64,000 bases of DNA from Candidatus Sumerlaeia bacterium (GCA_033764015.1 JANRJK010000039.1:45834-109833); one strand, 5' to 3'; counted from the first letter of the stretch, positions 38,710-48,544 are shown. Translations and numbers: made by a program. Notes: a model not told the origin generated them from the letters alone.

Positions 38710-39768
38710 TCAATGCCGCGGGGGCGCGCTGTGGGCACGCGCCTCGGCGAAAGCCTGGCGGCGGCGCTGCGCCTCCTCGTAAAGCGACTTCGGGTGCGTC
38801 TTGATGTCCCAGACGAGGCCCACGAGCGACATGACGCGCAGCAAGTAGTGCGTGATGTCCAGCTCCCACCAGTACATCCCCTGCCGCTCGGAAGCGGGAT
38901 AGCGGTGGTGGTTGTTGTGCCACCCCTCGCCAAGCGTGATGATCGACAGGATGAAGCTGTTCTTGCTCTCGTCCGTCGTTTCGAAGCGCCGCTTGCCGAA
39001 GATGTGCGAAAGCGAGTTGATCGTGAAGGTGCCGTGGTACAGGAGCACGGTGCTGAAGAAGAAGCCCCAGCCTAGCATTTGCCACGCGGTGGTGCCGAGC
39101 TGCGGGAAGTACTCCTGCAAGAACAGTCCGAGCATGAAGGTGGCGACGCCCAGGGTGATCGGCGCGATGACGTGGTACTTGTCGAGGAACTTCAGCTCCG
39201 GGAACTTCGCGAAGTCCTTGATCTCCTCCCAGCGGATCTCGCCGTACTTGCGGCACATCACCCAGCCGCAATGCGCCCACCAAAGGCCGCGGAGGCCCGG
39301 GGAGTGGATGTCCTCCTCCGTGTCCGAATGCCGGTGGTGGTGCCGATGGTGCGCCGCCCACCACAGGGGCCCCTGCTGCGCGGAGGACGCGCCGAGGAAC
39401 GCCAGGCAGAACTGGAACCAGCGGCTTGTCTTGAAGGTGCGGTGCGAGAAGTAGCGGTGGTAGCCGCCGGTGATCGCGAACATGCGGATGAAATATAGGA
39501 ACAGGCAGAACCCGAGCGCCACCCAATTGAACCCGGTGGCCACCACGAACGCCACCGCTGCGACGTGCACACCCAGGAACGGGATGCTGCCGAGGAAATC
39601 GATGCTTTCGATCGCCTCTTTCGGGCGCTTGTAGAGCGACAAAGTCAGCGTTCGCGGGCTCGCGAGGATCTCGCGCGCGCGGCGGGCCTTCTCGGAATCG
39701 ATCCGGACGCCGTCGCCGTGGTCGTGGTGGTCGTCGGCGGGGGTGTTCATAGGCACTTCGAGCGACAT
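38710..39768 (-). CDS. Acyl-CoA/acyl-lipid delta-9 desaturase
   Basis: His boxes HRYFSH, HRHHH, HNNHH; LGEGWHNNHH. Confidence 0.94.
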   Translation of the reverse strand: MSLEVPMNTPADDHHDHGDGVRIDSEKARRAREILASPRTLTLSLYKRPKEAIESIDFLGSIPFLGVHVAAVAFVVATGFNWVALGFCLFLYFIRMFAITGGYHRYFSHRTFKTSRWFQFCLAFLGASSAQQGPLWWAAHHRHHHRHSDTEEDIHSPGLRGLWWAHCGWVMCRKYGEIRWEEIKDFAKFPELKFLDKYHVIAPITLGVATFMLGLFLQEYFPQLGTTAWQMLGWGFFFSTVLLYHGTFTINSLSHIFGKRRFETTDESKNSFILSIITLGEGWHNNHHRYPASERQGMYWWELDITHYLLRVMSLVGLVWDIKTHPKSLYEEAQRRRQAFAEARAHSAPPRH

Positions 39769-39778
39769 CGGCTCTCCT

Positions 39779-41770
39779 TCAGCTTGCGGGCAGTGCGCGG
39801 TTGTTCGGTCGGGTCAGCACGAGCTGCACGTTCGAGATGGTACGGGTGGAGAAGCCAGCCTCGCAATAGCAGAAATAGTACTCCCACATGCGGATGAACC
39901 GGTTGTCGAAGCCGAGCTGCTCGACCTCCGCGCGCTTGGCGAGGAAACGGTCGCGCCACTCCCGCAGCGTCCGGGCGTAGTGCACGCCGATGTCGTCCAC
40001 CCGGTGCACGATCAGCCGGGACGCGCTGGTCATCGCGTTCACCATCGCGGTGATCGAGGGGCACACGGCGCCGGGGAAGATGTGCTTCTGGATGAAGTCG
40101 CAATTGCGGAGGTAGCGCGCGTAGCGCTGGTCCGGCATCGTGATCCCCTGGATCACCGCGAGGCCGTCCGGCTTCATCAGCCGGTCGATCGCGGCGAAGT
40201 AGGCCGGCAGGTTTTCGTGCCCGACCGCCTCGATCATCTCGATGGAGACCACCTTGTCGAAGGAGCCTTCGAGATCGCGGTAGTCGATCAGCCTCAGGTC
40301 GATCCGGCCCTCGAGGCCGCACTCGGCGATCCGCGCCTTGGCGAAGGCGAGTTGCTCCTTCGAAAGCGTGATGCCAGTCACGCGGCAGCCGATGGTTTGA
40401 GCCGCGCGGATCGCGAAACCGCCCCAGCCGCAGCCGATCTCCAGGACGTGGTCCGTGGGCTTGAGGTACGCCTTCGAGATGATCGCGTCCAGCTTCGCGA
40501 CCTGCGCCTCGTGGTGCGTCGTTTCCGGCGAGGGGTAGACCCCGGAGGAGTACATCATCGTCGCCGGGTCGAGGAAGAGCTGGAAGAAGTCGTTCGACAA
40601 GTCGTAGTGGGCGGCGATGTTGCGCCGCGATCCCGCGCGCGAGTTCCGCCGCAGGAGGTGCGCAGCGCGGTTCGCCAGCGAGCCGAGCAGCGCCGTCGCG
40701 GGTTGGTCCTCGTTCACGTTCTGGATGTTGTCCGCGAAGAACGCCAGCGTCGCCGTCAGGTCCGGTGTGCTCCACTCGCCGGCCATGTACGACTCGGCGA
40801 ACCCGATGTCGCCATCCGCGAGGCATCGGCTGAAGAAGTTCCAGTCGCTCACTCGCATCGAGGATTCCAGCCCGCCACCCTTGCCGAAGGTCCGTTGCGT
40901 GCGGTCGGGCAGCTCCACCGACAGGCGCCCGGTGGCCATGCGTTCGAACTGGCCCAGGATAAGGCTGGTGCCGAGCCGCTGGATCGCCGAGGGGGGCTCG
41001 GGGCGTACGGTAAGCGCGCTGGTGGGGCTGGGCTTGGGATACACCGGGAGTCCTTTTCCGTAGTACAGTTTCGCCGCCTGCCAGACGATCCGCGGCATCG
41101 TGAGTGCCGTGGCGAACGGCATCGCCGCAAGCGTCCGGGTCAAATCGCCCGTTGTGAAGGGACGCATCTTTCCCCGCAAGCTTGCGTAGAAGGCCGCTTT
41201 GCCTTCGCGCAGCACATTTACGCGGATATCGAGCCGGTCGCCCAGCTCTGCCAGGTGGAAGTCGAAGTCTCCCGCCCGCTCGTAGAACGGCGACACGTGG
41301 AAGTCCTTCGCCATGGTGAAGCGGCCGAGGAAGCCCGGCGGAGCCCCGCGCCCCGCGCCGACCATCGGGTACAGGTGCCGTTCCCCGAAGGTGTTGTTCA
41401 CCTCCGCGAGGTACGCCACCGGGCGTCCATCGCCTCCGTAGGCGTAGAAGAAGCTAACGGGGTTGAACGCGTAGTTCATCAGTCGCGCGGTCGTCACCAG
41501 CTCGACGCGCGCGACGTCCTCTTCGAGGCCGAAGCGTCGGAGCAGCGCGATGAGCCGTTCCTTGAGCGGCGCTCCGCCCCCCTCGAGGTAGTCGCGTTCG
41601 AGGAGCGACACAAGCCCGGGCCGGTTGTGCGCGAACATGGGGATCCTCCGCGCCAGCTCGGGGAGTTCATCCAGATCGAAACAGTAGCAGAAGACGGGAT
41701 AGCGGAACGTGTGGCGCACCGGGTCGAGGCGCGCGTGCGCCACCTCGCCGACGTAGAGGCGGCTCCTCAA
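39779..41770 (-). CDS. DUF1365 (UfaO-like) fused to cyclopropane-fatty-acyl-phospholipid synthase-family methyltransferase (Cfa/UfaM-like)
   Basis: N-half H.R..P..H.F.Y, FNPVSFFY, EVNNTFGERH, KDFHVSPF, QAAKLY.K; C-half NIAAHYDLSN, LEIGCGWGG, SIEMIEAVG, HIFPG, WEYYFCYCEAGF; TTG start overlaps the upstream stop. Confidence 0.9.
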   Translation of the reverse strand: MRSRLYVGEVAHARLDPVRHTFRYPVFCYCFDLDELPELARRIPMFAHNRPGLVSLLERDYLEGGGAPLKERLIALLRRFGLEEDVARVELVTTARLMNYAFNPVSFFYAYGGDGRPVAYLAEVNNTFGERHLYPMVGAGRGAPPGFLGRFTMAKDFHVSPFYERAGDFDFHLAELGDRLDIRVNVLREGKAAFYASLRGKMRPFTTGDLTRTLAAMPFATALTMPRIVWQAAKLYYGKGLPVYPKPSPTSALTVRPEPPSAIQRLGTSLILGQFERMATGRLSVELPDRTQRTFGKGGGLESSMRVSDWNFFSRCLADGDIGFAESYMAGEWSTPDLTATLAFFADNIQNVNEDQPATALLGSLANRAAHLLRRNSRAGSRRNIAAHYDLSNDFFQLFLDPATMMYSSGVYPSPETTHHEAQVAKLDAIISKAYLKPTDHVLEIGCGWGGFAIRAAQTIGCRVTGITLSKEQLAFAKARIAECGLEGRIDLRLIDYRDLEGSFDKVVSIEMIEAVGHENLPAYFAAIDRLMKPDGLAVIQGITMPDQRYARYLRNCDFIQKHIFPGAVCPSITAMVNAMTSASRLIVHRVDDIGVHYARTLREWRDRFLAKRAEVEQLGFDNRFIRMWEYYFCYCEAGFSTRTISNVQLVLTRPNNRALPAS

Positions 41771-43071
41771 AGCTCCTGCCCGAACGCCTTGGCGACCGCG
41801 ACGCCGCTCTTGATCGCGTCCTCGTGGAAGCCGTAGCCGAAGTAGCTGCCCGCGAAGTGCGTCCGCCGCTCGCCGTTCAGCCGACGCAGCGGCTCCTGCG
41901 TCGCGATCGACGCCTCCGTGTAGAGCGGGTGCGTGTACTGGAACTCGCGGACCACGCGCTTCGGATCGATCACGCCGGCGCGGTTCAGCGTCACCAGGTA
42001 GCGGCGCCGAGTCGCGAGCCCCTGCAACCGGTTCATGTCGTAGGTCACCGACAGGTTGCCGTCCGCATCGCCGCCCGACTCGCGGACGTAGTTCCACGAG
42101 GCCCAGGCGCGCGGCTCCGGCGGCAGCACCCGCGTGTCGAAATGCAGGAGCGTGTGGTTCCGGTTGTAGCTCCACGCGCCGAGGAGGCGGCGCTCTTCCT
42201 CAGACGGGTCGGCAAGGAGCCGGAGCGCTTCGTCCGCGTGCGTGGCGACCACCGCGTGATCGAAGAGGCGCAGCTCGCCGCTCGCGAGGCGCACGCGCAC
42301 GGCGTCCTCCCGCCGCTCGAGCGCCTCGACCGGACTCGCTGTGAAAACTTCGCCCTTGAACGAGCGCAGGAACGCCTTCACGTAGCTTTGGCTGCCCCCC
42401 ACCACCGTCTGCCAACGGGGCCGGTTCTCCATCGACAGCAGTCCGTGGTTGCGGAAGAACGCAACCAGCGTCCGCGCCGGGAATCGAAGCATGCCGCGCG
42501 CGCTTGTGGACCAGATCGCCGCGCCCATCGGCAACAGGTAGCCGCGCACGAAGAACCCGTCGAACCGCTCGCGGCGGACGAACTCGCCCAGCGTGATTCC
42601 GTCCAGGCGGCCGCCGTCGAGCGCCTCGCCCGCGAGGCGGCAAAAGCGGCGGATCTCCGCGAGGAAGCGCCAGAAACGCGGGCTTGCGAGGTTCGAGCGC
42701 TGCGCGAAAAGGCCGTTCCAATCGGTGCCGGCGTAGCGGAACCCTGTCCGCTCGTCCCAGAATGCGAAGGACATGTCGCTCCACCGCCACGGCACGCCGA
42801 GGCTCTTCAGGAAGCGGTGCATCGTGGGATAGGTCTTGTTGTTCAGGACGATGAAGCCGGTGTCGACCGGCGTGCCCGCATCCGGGCCGTCCCCGAGCAC
42901 CACCGTGTTGGTATGGCCGCCGACGTAGGAGTTGCGCTCGAACATCGTGACGTCGTGCGCCCGCTGGAGCAGGTGCGCGGCGGAGACGCCGGCCGCGCCA
43001 CCACCAATCACGGCGATGCGCAGGCGTCTCGCGGGGCCTTGGGGCGGGCGGGGTTCTCGCAATCTAGTCAC
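41767..43071 (-). CDS. FAD-dependent oxidoreductase (COG2907/UfaD-like)
   Basis: IGGGAAG, GGHTNT, VDTGFIV.N..TYP, PMGAAIWS, FFRNHGLL, WASWNY, GYGFHED. Confidence 0.92.
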   Translation of the reverse strand: MTRLREPRPPQGPARRLRIAVIGGGAAGVSAAHLLQRAHDVTMFERNSYVGGHTNTVVLGDGPDAGTPVDTGFIVLNNKTYPTMHRFLKSLGVPWRWSDMSFAFWDERTGFRYAGTDWNGLFAQRSNLASPRFWRFLAEIRRFCRLAGEALDGGRLDGITLGEFVRRERFDGFFVRGYLLPMGAAIWSTSARGMLRFPARTLVAFFRNHGLLSMENRPRWQTVVGGSQSYVKAFLRSFKGEVFTASPVEALERREDAVRVRLASGELRLFDHAVVATHADEALRLLADPSEEERRLLGAWSYNRNHTLLHFDTRVLPPEPRAWASWNYVRESGGDADGNLSVTYDMNRLQGLATRRRYLVTLNRAGVIDPKRVVREFQYTHPLYTEASIATQEPLRRLNGERRTHFAGSYFGYGFHEDAIKSGVAVAKAFGQEL

Positions 43072-43088
43072 TGCCTATAGGATGCTGT

Positions 43089-43104
43089 TGTCTAGTTCTG
43101 GACA
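43089..43104. promoter_or_regulatory. Imperfect palindrome TGTCTAG-TT-CTGGACA, candidate operator of the lipid-modification operon
   Basis: 7-2-7 inverted repeat with one mismatch, just upstream of the GTG start at 43071. Confidence 0.4.
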
Positions 43105-43120
43105 CTCAGGTGTGATGTTG

Positions 43121-43135
43121 GCGAGCGGTGTGCCA
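43121..43135 (-). promoter_or_regulatory. Sigma54-type -24/-12 promoter (near consensus)
   Basis: Minus strand TGGCAC-ACCGC-TCGC; shares 12 identical nt with the 25544 site. Confidence 0.5.
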
Positions 43136-43153
43136 ATGGCGCCCCGGGGCGCA

Positions 43154-43191
43154 AAGCGAACGGCGCCGTCCCCATGGGGGAGACGGCGCCG
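43154..43191 (-). terminator. Intrinsic terminator of the cold-shock gene
   Basis: CGGCGCCGTC…GACGGCGCCG stem followed by TTCGCTTT on the minus strand. Confidence 0.65.
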
Positions 43192-43240
43192 CTGTTTGAG
43201 CCTCGCTCAGGAGCGCATCGCGAGCGACGCGCCTGCCTGG

Positions 43241-43444
43241 TTACTGAGGGGTGACCTTATCGGCCTGCATGCCCTTCGGGCCCTTGACGGCCTCGAAGTT
43301 CACGCGCTGGCCTTCCTGAAGGGTCCGGAAACCCTTCGTCTGGATCGCTGTGTGGTGGACGAAGAGGTCCCCGCTGGCGTCGTCGGGCGAGATGAAACCG
43401 TAGCCCTTAGCTTCGTTGAACCACTTCACTGTGCCTGCTGCCAT
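43241..43444 (-). CDS. csp: Cold-shock protein (CspA family)
   Basis: [38 protein letters not shown]; long non-coding leader typical of csp genes. Confidence 0.97.
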   Translation of the reverse strand: MAAGTVKWFNEAKGYGFISPDDASGDLFVHHTAIQTKGFRTLQEGQRVNFEAVKGPKGMQADKVTPQ

Positions 43445-43737
43445 GATCTTAGGCTTCCTGGTTGGTATTGCGTGCCTGAAGAAAAAATCGGCTGTGCCCA
43501 ACCTGGATCGCCTCCGCCCCGGCCTTGCCGCCAACCTTCCGGGACGCTTCGGCTACGAACGGCCCGGAGGCCGAATCGATGCCGACAACAAACCGCGAGA
43601 GGTGTTGGGCTTTGAAGTGGGAGGAAACGCTAGGAAGCAGAACGACAACCAGACTTTCTTGTAGGTGCGAACGCATCAAGCACTCGTCGTGCACGCCGTG
43701 TCAAGGGGCGATTTCGCGAATGTCGCCCGCGGAACGG

Positions 43738-44700
43738 TCACGGCTGCCCGCCTGCCGCCGGCGCCGGCTCCGCCGCGGGGGCGGGGGGCGTCGCGGCGGG
43801 GGGAGCGCCCGGCAGCGGGCGGATCGTGATCTTGGTCTTCTCCTCCTCGGGCGCCGCCTTCGGCGCCTCCTGGGGAAACGTCGCGCGGACCACGAGCATC
43901 GCCTGGCCGCCGGCGTAGCTGATCGGGAACGGTCCCAGCGCCTGCGCGGCTCCGCCTTCCAACCGCAGGTTCGCCACGGAAATCACCGGCTCCGTCGCGG
44001 TCCGCGTCCGCGGCTCCTCGGGCTCGTCGGCGACCGCGTTCCCCGAGTCGTCGAACGTGGTTGTGTCGTCTTCCATGGGGCGTTCCGAGGTGTCCGCGTC
44101 CGACTCGCTCTGTTCGACGGGCACGCCGAGCTCGAGGTTCTTCAGGAAGACGTTCTGCGATTTCCAGTCGATCGACCCGGCCTCGACGAACAGCACGAAC
44201 TGGAGCCCGGTGCCGGGATCGACGGGCGTGTAGAGCTGCGTGCGGCGCGATGCGAGGAAGCGTGTGTTCGCGAACGTGACCGCGCCCTGCCAGCCCTGGG
44301 CCGTGACGGTGGCCCTTTCGAGGTCCGTCCGCGGGGTGTCCTCCTCCGTCCCGGGGCCGATCAACGCCACCTCGACCAGCGCCTGGGGCGTCGGCGCGTC
44401 CAAATCGCCGATGAGGCGGAGGGAATCGGAAAGCCAGACCGCCCGGTCGCTCGCCGCCCGGAAGATGATCGAGTTGGTCTCCTCGTCGAGCGTCATCGAC
44501 ATGCGGGCCAGCTCGCCCTGCGTGAATCCCTGCTTCAGGTGGCGCTCGACCACCCGGATCACCTCCGAAGCGTCCCGGTGCCTCAGTTCGACGATCTTCG
44601 TGTAGCCGACGGCGGCGGGATCGTCGAAGCCCTGCTGGGCGGCGGCGGGGGAGTAGGCGATCAAGGCCGCGAGGGCGATGGCGGAGGCGGTGCGCTTCAT
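43738..44700 (-). CDS. Secreted protein with a single secretin-N (NolW-like) domain and no recognisable secretin barrel
   Basis: Signal peptide; TKIVELRHRDASEV…LDEETNSIIFR…LIGDLDAPTPQALVEV. Confidence 0.7.
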   Translation of the reverse strand: MKRTASAIALAALIAYSPAAAQQGFDDPAAVGYTKIVELRHRDASEVIRVVERHLKQGFTQGELARMSMTLDEETNSIIFRAASDRAVWLSDSLRLIGDLDAPTPQALVEVALIGPGTEEDTPRTDLERATVTAQGWQGAVTFANTRFLASRRTQLYTPVDPGTGLQFVLFVEAGSIDWKSQNVFLKNLELGVPVEQSESDADTSERPMEDDTTTFDDSGNAVADEPEEPRTRTATEPVISVANLRLEGGAAQALGPFPISYAGGQAMLVVRATFPQEAPKAAPEEEKTKITIRPLPGAPPAATPPAPAAEPAPAAGGQP

Positions 44701-44777
44701 GGGGGTGGTTGCTCCAGTGTGTTCTGGTGCTGCGGCAATCGGGACGCCGAAGCGGCCCGGCGGGTTTGGCCGGTGGG

Positions 44778-45224
44778 TCAGCGGCGCGGACTCCGGTGCC
44801 GCCGCTCGATCTCGAGGCGGCACAACTCGTCGCAGCGCTCGTTGTCCGGGTTGCCGGCGTGGCCCCGCACCCAGTGCCACTGGATCCGGTGGCGCTGCGT
44901 CGCGGCGTCGAGGCGCTTCCAAAGGTCCACGTTTTTCAGTTCGCCGGTCTTGCGCTTCCAGCCGGCCCGCTTCCAGCCCGGCATCCACTCGTTGAGGCCC
45001 TTCTTCACATACTCCGAGTCCGTGTGCAGCTCGACCTCGCACGGCTCCTTCAGCGCCTCCAGCGACATGATCGCGGCGGTCAGCTCCATCTGGTTGTTCG
45101 TCGTGTCCTGGTCTCCGCCGACGAGTTCCTTCGATTGGTCGCCGTAGCGCAGCACCGCCGCCCAGGCGCCCACGCCGGGGTTCGGCTGGCAGCCGCCGTC
45201 CGTATGGATCACGACGCGCTTCAC
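44778..45224 (-). CDS. rnhA: Ribonuclease HI
   Basis: [46 protein letters not shown] start overlaps the GNAT stop. Confidence 0.96.
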   Translation of the reverse strand: MKRVVIHTDGGCQPNPGVGAWAAVLRYGDQSKELVGGDQDTTNNQMELTAAIMSLEALKEPCEVELHTDSEYVKKGLNEWMPGWKRAGWKRKTGELKNVDLWKRLDAATQRHRIQWHWVRGHAGNPDNERCDELCRLEIERRHRSPRR

Positions 45225-45709
45225 GAGTCCGCCCTCCGCGCGAGCGCCGCCAGCCCATCGCCCTCGAGCCGCATGAGCCGCCACTCGTCGGCGACCTCGG
45301 CCCCGAGCGCCCGGTAGCGCGACAGAGCCAGCTCGTTCCAGTGCAGCACGATCCACTCGAGCCGCTTGGCGCCGCGTCGTCCGCACTCCGCCGCCAGCCA
45401 CGCCAGCAGCGCAGTGCCCACGCCGTTCCGCCGAGCCGAAGGCGTCACGTAGAGGTCGTGCAGGTGGATGCCCGGCGCGGCGAGGAACGTCGAGTAGAGG
45501 GGGAAGAAGATCGCCATGCCCACCACCGCGCCGTCGAGCCGCGCCAGGACCGCCTCGCACTGGCGCGGTTCCCCGAAGAGCGCGGCGCGAAGCGTCTCCG
45601 GCGTCGCGGCGCACTGGTCCAGCAGCTTCTCGTACTCTGCCAGCTCGCGCACGAGCCGGCAGAGGTCGGCTTCGTCGCCCGGCGCGACCGGTGTGATCTC
45701 AAGACTCAT
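45221..45709 (-). CDS. GNAT N-acetyltransferase (diamine acetyltransferase-like)
   Basis: [31 protein letters not shown]. Confidence 0.92.
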   Translation of the reverse strand: MSLEITPVAPGDEADLCRLVRELAEYEKLLDQCAATPETLRAALFGEPRQCEAVLARLDGAVVGMAIFFPLYSTFLAAPGIHLHDLYVTPSARRNGVGTALLAWLAAECGRRGAKRLEWIVLHWNELALSRYRALGAEVADEWRLMRLEGDGLAALARRADS

Positions 45710-47183
45710 GGGGTGGGGGCTTCACGGCGTCGGAGGATGGTGGGACTACCTTGCGGAGCGAGCGGATACGGGCGAGGGCCCCCATAATCTCCGGCCGTCC
45801 GCCGAAGAACGAGTTGAAGAGGCGCGACCCTTCCAGGCGGTCGGCCAACTCGATGGCGGCGGCGAGCTGGCCCTCGAGCTCCTCGACGCGGTTGCGCTCG
45901 GCCAGCACGAAGCGCTGCCAATCCGCCAGCGGGTTCTGCACTTTTCCGGTGTGCTCGCGGTCGTGGGCGACGCGGGGGCGCCGGGCCCAACGCACCACCG
46001 GGAGGAAGAGCTCCTCCTCGGAGAAGCGCCGGCGCACCTCGCGGCGGAGGCTTTCCGCCTCCGCCTCGCCCCGGCGTCCGAGCGCAAGCTCGGCCCGCAG
46101 CGCGTCCGCCAGCGCGGAGGTGTCGCGCGGGCGCACCGTGCGGATCCAGCGCGCATCCGAAAGCGCACGGACGTTTTCGCCCGACTCAGTGCAAACGACT
46201 CGCAGGCCGCTCCAAAGCCACCCGATGGTCCGCGTCCGGGCGCCGAGCTCCCCCTCGAGTGTGGGGTGGTCGCACACCACGGCGACCCACGCTTCGCGGC
46301 AGGCGGCGAGGAAGTCGTCGTGTTCGAGCCAGCCGAGCAGGTGGACGCGGTCCGCGAAGGCGCTGGAGCGGACGCGGTCGCGGAAGCGGCGGAACACATC
46401 GACGACCGCGCCGGGGATCTCGCCGCCGGTGGCTGCGAAATGGATCTCGTGGTCCGCCATCATCACCTTTTGGAGGCCGCCGAACAGCGTCTCCTCGTCG
46501 AACCAGTTGTTGAAGCCGCCCGTGGACAGGATCACTGGGGCTCCGGCGGGAATTCCTCGCTCGCGGAGGAAGCCGGCGCGGGAGGGCGGCAGCTCCTCAT
46601 GGATCGCCAACACGGGGGGGATCACGTCCACCAGGTCGTGCCCGCAGGTTTGCGCGTTCAGCCGCCCCGCCGCGCCAAGTTCCCCGAGAAGAGCGAGCCG
46701 CTGCGCTTGCGAGCACGCCGAGAACCGGTCCGCCCGCAGCAGCACCGGCAGGACGTACTCCCACGCCTTCGCCAGCGCGGCGTTGTTGTTCGCCTCCGCC
46801 GCCTGCTGCTGCCGCTCCGCCAACGGATGCCCGTAGTAATCCACGTAAAGCGGCCCGGGAAAGCTCGAGGTCGCGGCGCCAAGCGCCGCCACGTCCGACG
46901 TGGCGACCACCGCCTCGATGTTCCGTTGCGTCGAAATGCGGTTGATCGCGGCGCGGAACTCCGCGGGCTCCGCGGCCACCGCCGCGTGCTCCAGCAGCGG
47001 CATCGGGACGGCGCTCTTGGACGGTGCGCCGTCCGGGTTGAAGGGCGCCTCCACCAGCGCCAGCTCGTGTCCGTCGTTCCTAAGCGAGCGGAGGAACGAG
47101 AGCAGCCGCAGCCCCGGCGCGAAGACGTGCCGCTGCTTCGGGTCCGGGAGCGGGCCGATGCCCGCCACGAGGATGCGGCTCAA
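45699..47183 (-). CDS. Glycosyltransferase (GT4-like)
   Basis: APGLR, ADRFSACS..QR, GGFNNWFDEETL, VHLLGWL, RTR; TTG start overlaps the mutase stop. Confidence 0.8.
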   Translation of the reverse strand: MSRILVAGIGPLPDPKQRHVFAPGLRLLSFLRSLRNDGHELALVEAPFNPDGAPSKSAVPMPLLEHAAVAAEPAEFRAAINRISTQRNIEAVVATSDVAALGAATSSFPGPLYVDYYGHPLAERQQQAAEANNNAALAKAWEYVLPVLLRADRFSACSQAQRLALLGELGAAGRLNAQTCGHDLVDVIPPVLAIHEELPPSRAGFLRERGIPAGAPVILSTGGFNNWFDEETLFGGLQKVMMADHEIHFAATGGEIPGAVVDVFRRFRDRVRSSAFADRVHLLGWLEHDDFLAACREAWVAVVCDHPTLEGELGARTRTIGWLWSGLRVVCTESGENVRALSDARWIRTVRPRDTSALADALRAELALGRRGEAEAESLRREVRRRFSEEELFLPVVRWARRPRVAHDREHTGKVQNPLADWQRFVLAERNRVEELEGQLAAAIELADRLEGSRLFNSFFGGRPEIMGALARIRSLRKVVPPSSDAVKPPPHES

Positions 47184-48544
47184 CGGACCGCCCCGCGCGC
47201 CGCGGCGACCAGCGCCCGCGCCCCGTCCTCCGTGGGCGCCTCGGCGAAGACGCGCAGGATCGGCTCCGTGCCGCTCGCCCGGACCTGCACCCAGCGGTCG
47301 GGGAACACGATCTTCAAGCCGTCCGTGTCGTCCGCCTCGCCGCCGGGGAAGAGCGCCGGGAGCCGCGCCAGGATCGCCTTCGCGTCCAGACCCTCGATGG
47401 AGACCTTGTCCTTCACCAGCGTGTAGTCGGGAAACTCCGCGTTCCACTTCGCGAGCGTGCGCCCCTTCTTCTGAGCCAGCCCGAGCAGGATCAGCGCGAT
47501 GCCCGTCGCCGCGTCGCGGCCCGGGTGGACCGCCGGCACGATCACGCCGCCGTTTCCTTCGCCACCGATCAGCGCGCGCTTCTCGCGGATCATCCCGACA
47601 ACGTGCGCCTCGCCGACCTTCGACCGGTGGAGCCGGACGCCGTGCTTCGCGGCGAGGTCGTCCAGCGCCCGCGTGCTCGACAGGTTGGCGACGATTGGTC
47701 CCTTTCGCTTGGCGAGCGCCAGGTACGCGTCCGCCGCGAGCAGCAATGTCCGCTCCTCGCCGATGGCGCGGCCGCACTCGTCCACCAGCGCGAGCCGGTC
47801 GGCGTCGGGGTCGATGGCGAAGCCGAGCGCGGCGCCCTCCGCGCAGACGCTCTTTCGCAGCGCGGAGAGGTTCTCCGGCAACGGCTCCGCCTCGTGGGGA
47901 AACTCGCGCGTCGGATCGTCGAAGAGCGCCATCGGCGCCGCGCCGTAGTCCCGCGCGACCGCCGGCGCAAGGTACGAACCCGCGCCGTTGCAGCAGTCGA
48001 TCAGCACCTTCAGCCGCCCGCGGCGGATCGGCAGCGCCGCCTGCACCGCCGCGCGGTGCAGCAGCAGCGACTCCTCCGGCGGGAGCGACACTTCCTCCGC
48101 CGGGCGCGCGGCGGGGGAGGGCTCTGGCCCGCCGAGCGCCTCCTTCATCGCGGCGAACTCCTCGGGGCCGAGGAACACGCCCTTCGCCGTGAAGAACTTC
48201 AGCCCGTTGTACGGCGCTGGGTTGTGGCTCGCCGTGATCGCCACCCCGCCGGCGGCTTTGAATTCGCGCACGAGGATTCCAAAGGTCGGCGTCGGCGCCA
48301 GGCCGATGCGGACCACCTCCTTGCCAAGCCGCACCAGGGTGGACACCACGAGCGGTTCGATCCACGCCCGGGAGGCGCGCGAATCGCCCCCCACCAGCAC
48401 CATCCGCCCCGGCAGCGTCCGGGCGTAGGCGGACACGAACGCGGCCACCACCTCGGGCGTCAACGCGTCGCCCACGATCCCGCGCACCCCCGCCACCGAC
48501 ACCATGAGTGGGGAGCGGGCTCCCGGTTCCGCCGTTGTGGCCAT
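47180..48544 (-). CDS. Phosphohexomutase (phosphoglucosamine mutase / PMM-PGM)
   Basis: SVAGVRG, TASHNP (phospho-Ser), DPDADR, GGEGNGG, RASGTEP. Confidence 0.94.
   Translation of the reverse strand: MATTAEPGARSPLMVSVAGVRGIVGDALTPEVVAAFVSAYARTLPGRMVLVGGDSRASRAWIEPLVVSTLVRLGKEVVRIGLAPTPTFGILVREFKAAGGVAITASHNPAPYNGLKFFTAKGVFLGPEEFAAMKEALGGPEPSPAARPAEEVSLPPEESLLLHRAAVQAALPIRRGRLKVLIDCCNGAGSYLAPAVARDYGAAPMALFDDPTREFPHEAEPLPENLSALRKSVCAEGAALGFAIDPDADRLALVDECGRAIGEERTLLLAADAYLALAKRKGPIVANLSSTRALDDLAAKHGVRLHRSKVGEAHVVGMIREKRALIGGEGNGGVIVPAVHPGRDAATGIALILLGLAQKKGRTLAKWNAEFPDYTLVKDKVSIEGLDAKAILARLPALFPGGEADDTDGLKIVFPDRWVQVRASGTEPILRVFAEAPTEDGARALVAAARGAVR

Noticed and set aside
43699..43704. TTGACA (minus strand) upstream of csp as a full promoter call
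   Set aside because: No convincing -10 hexamer at 16-18 nt spacing.
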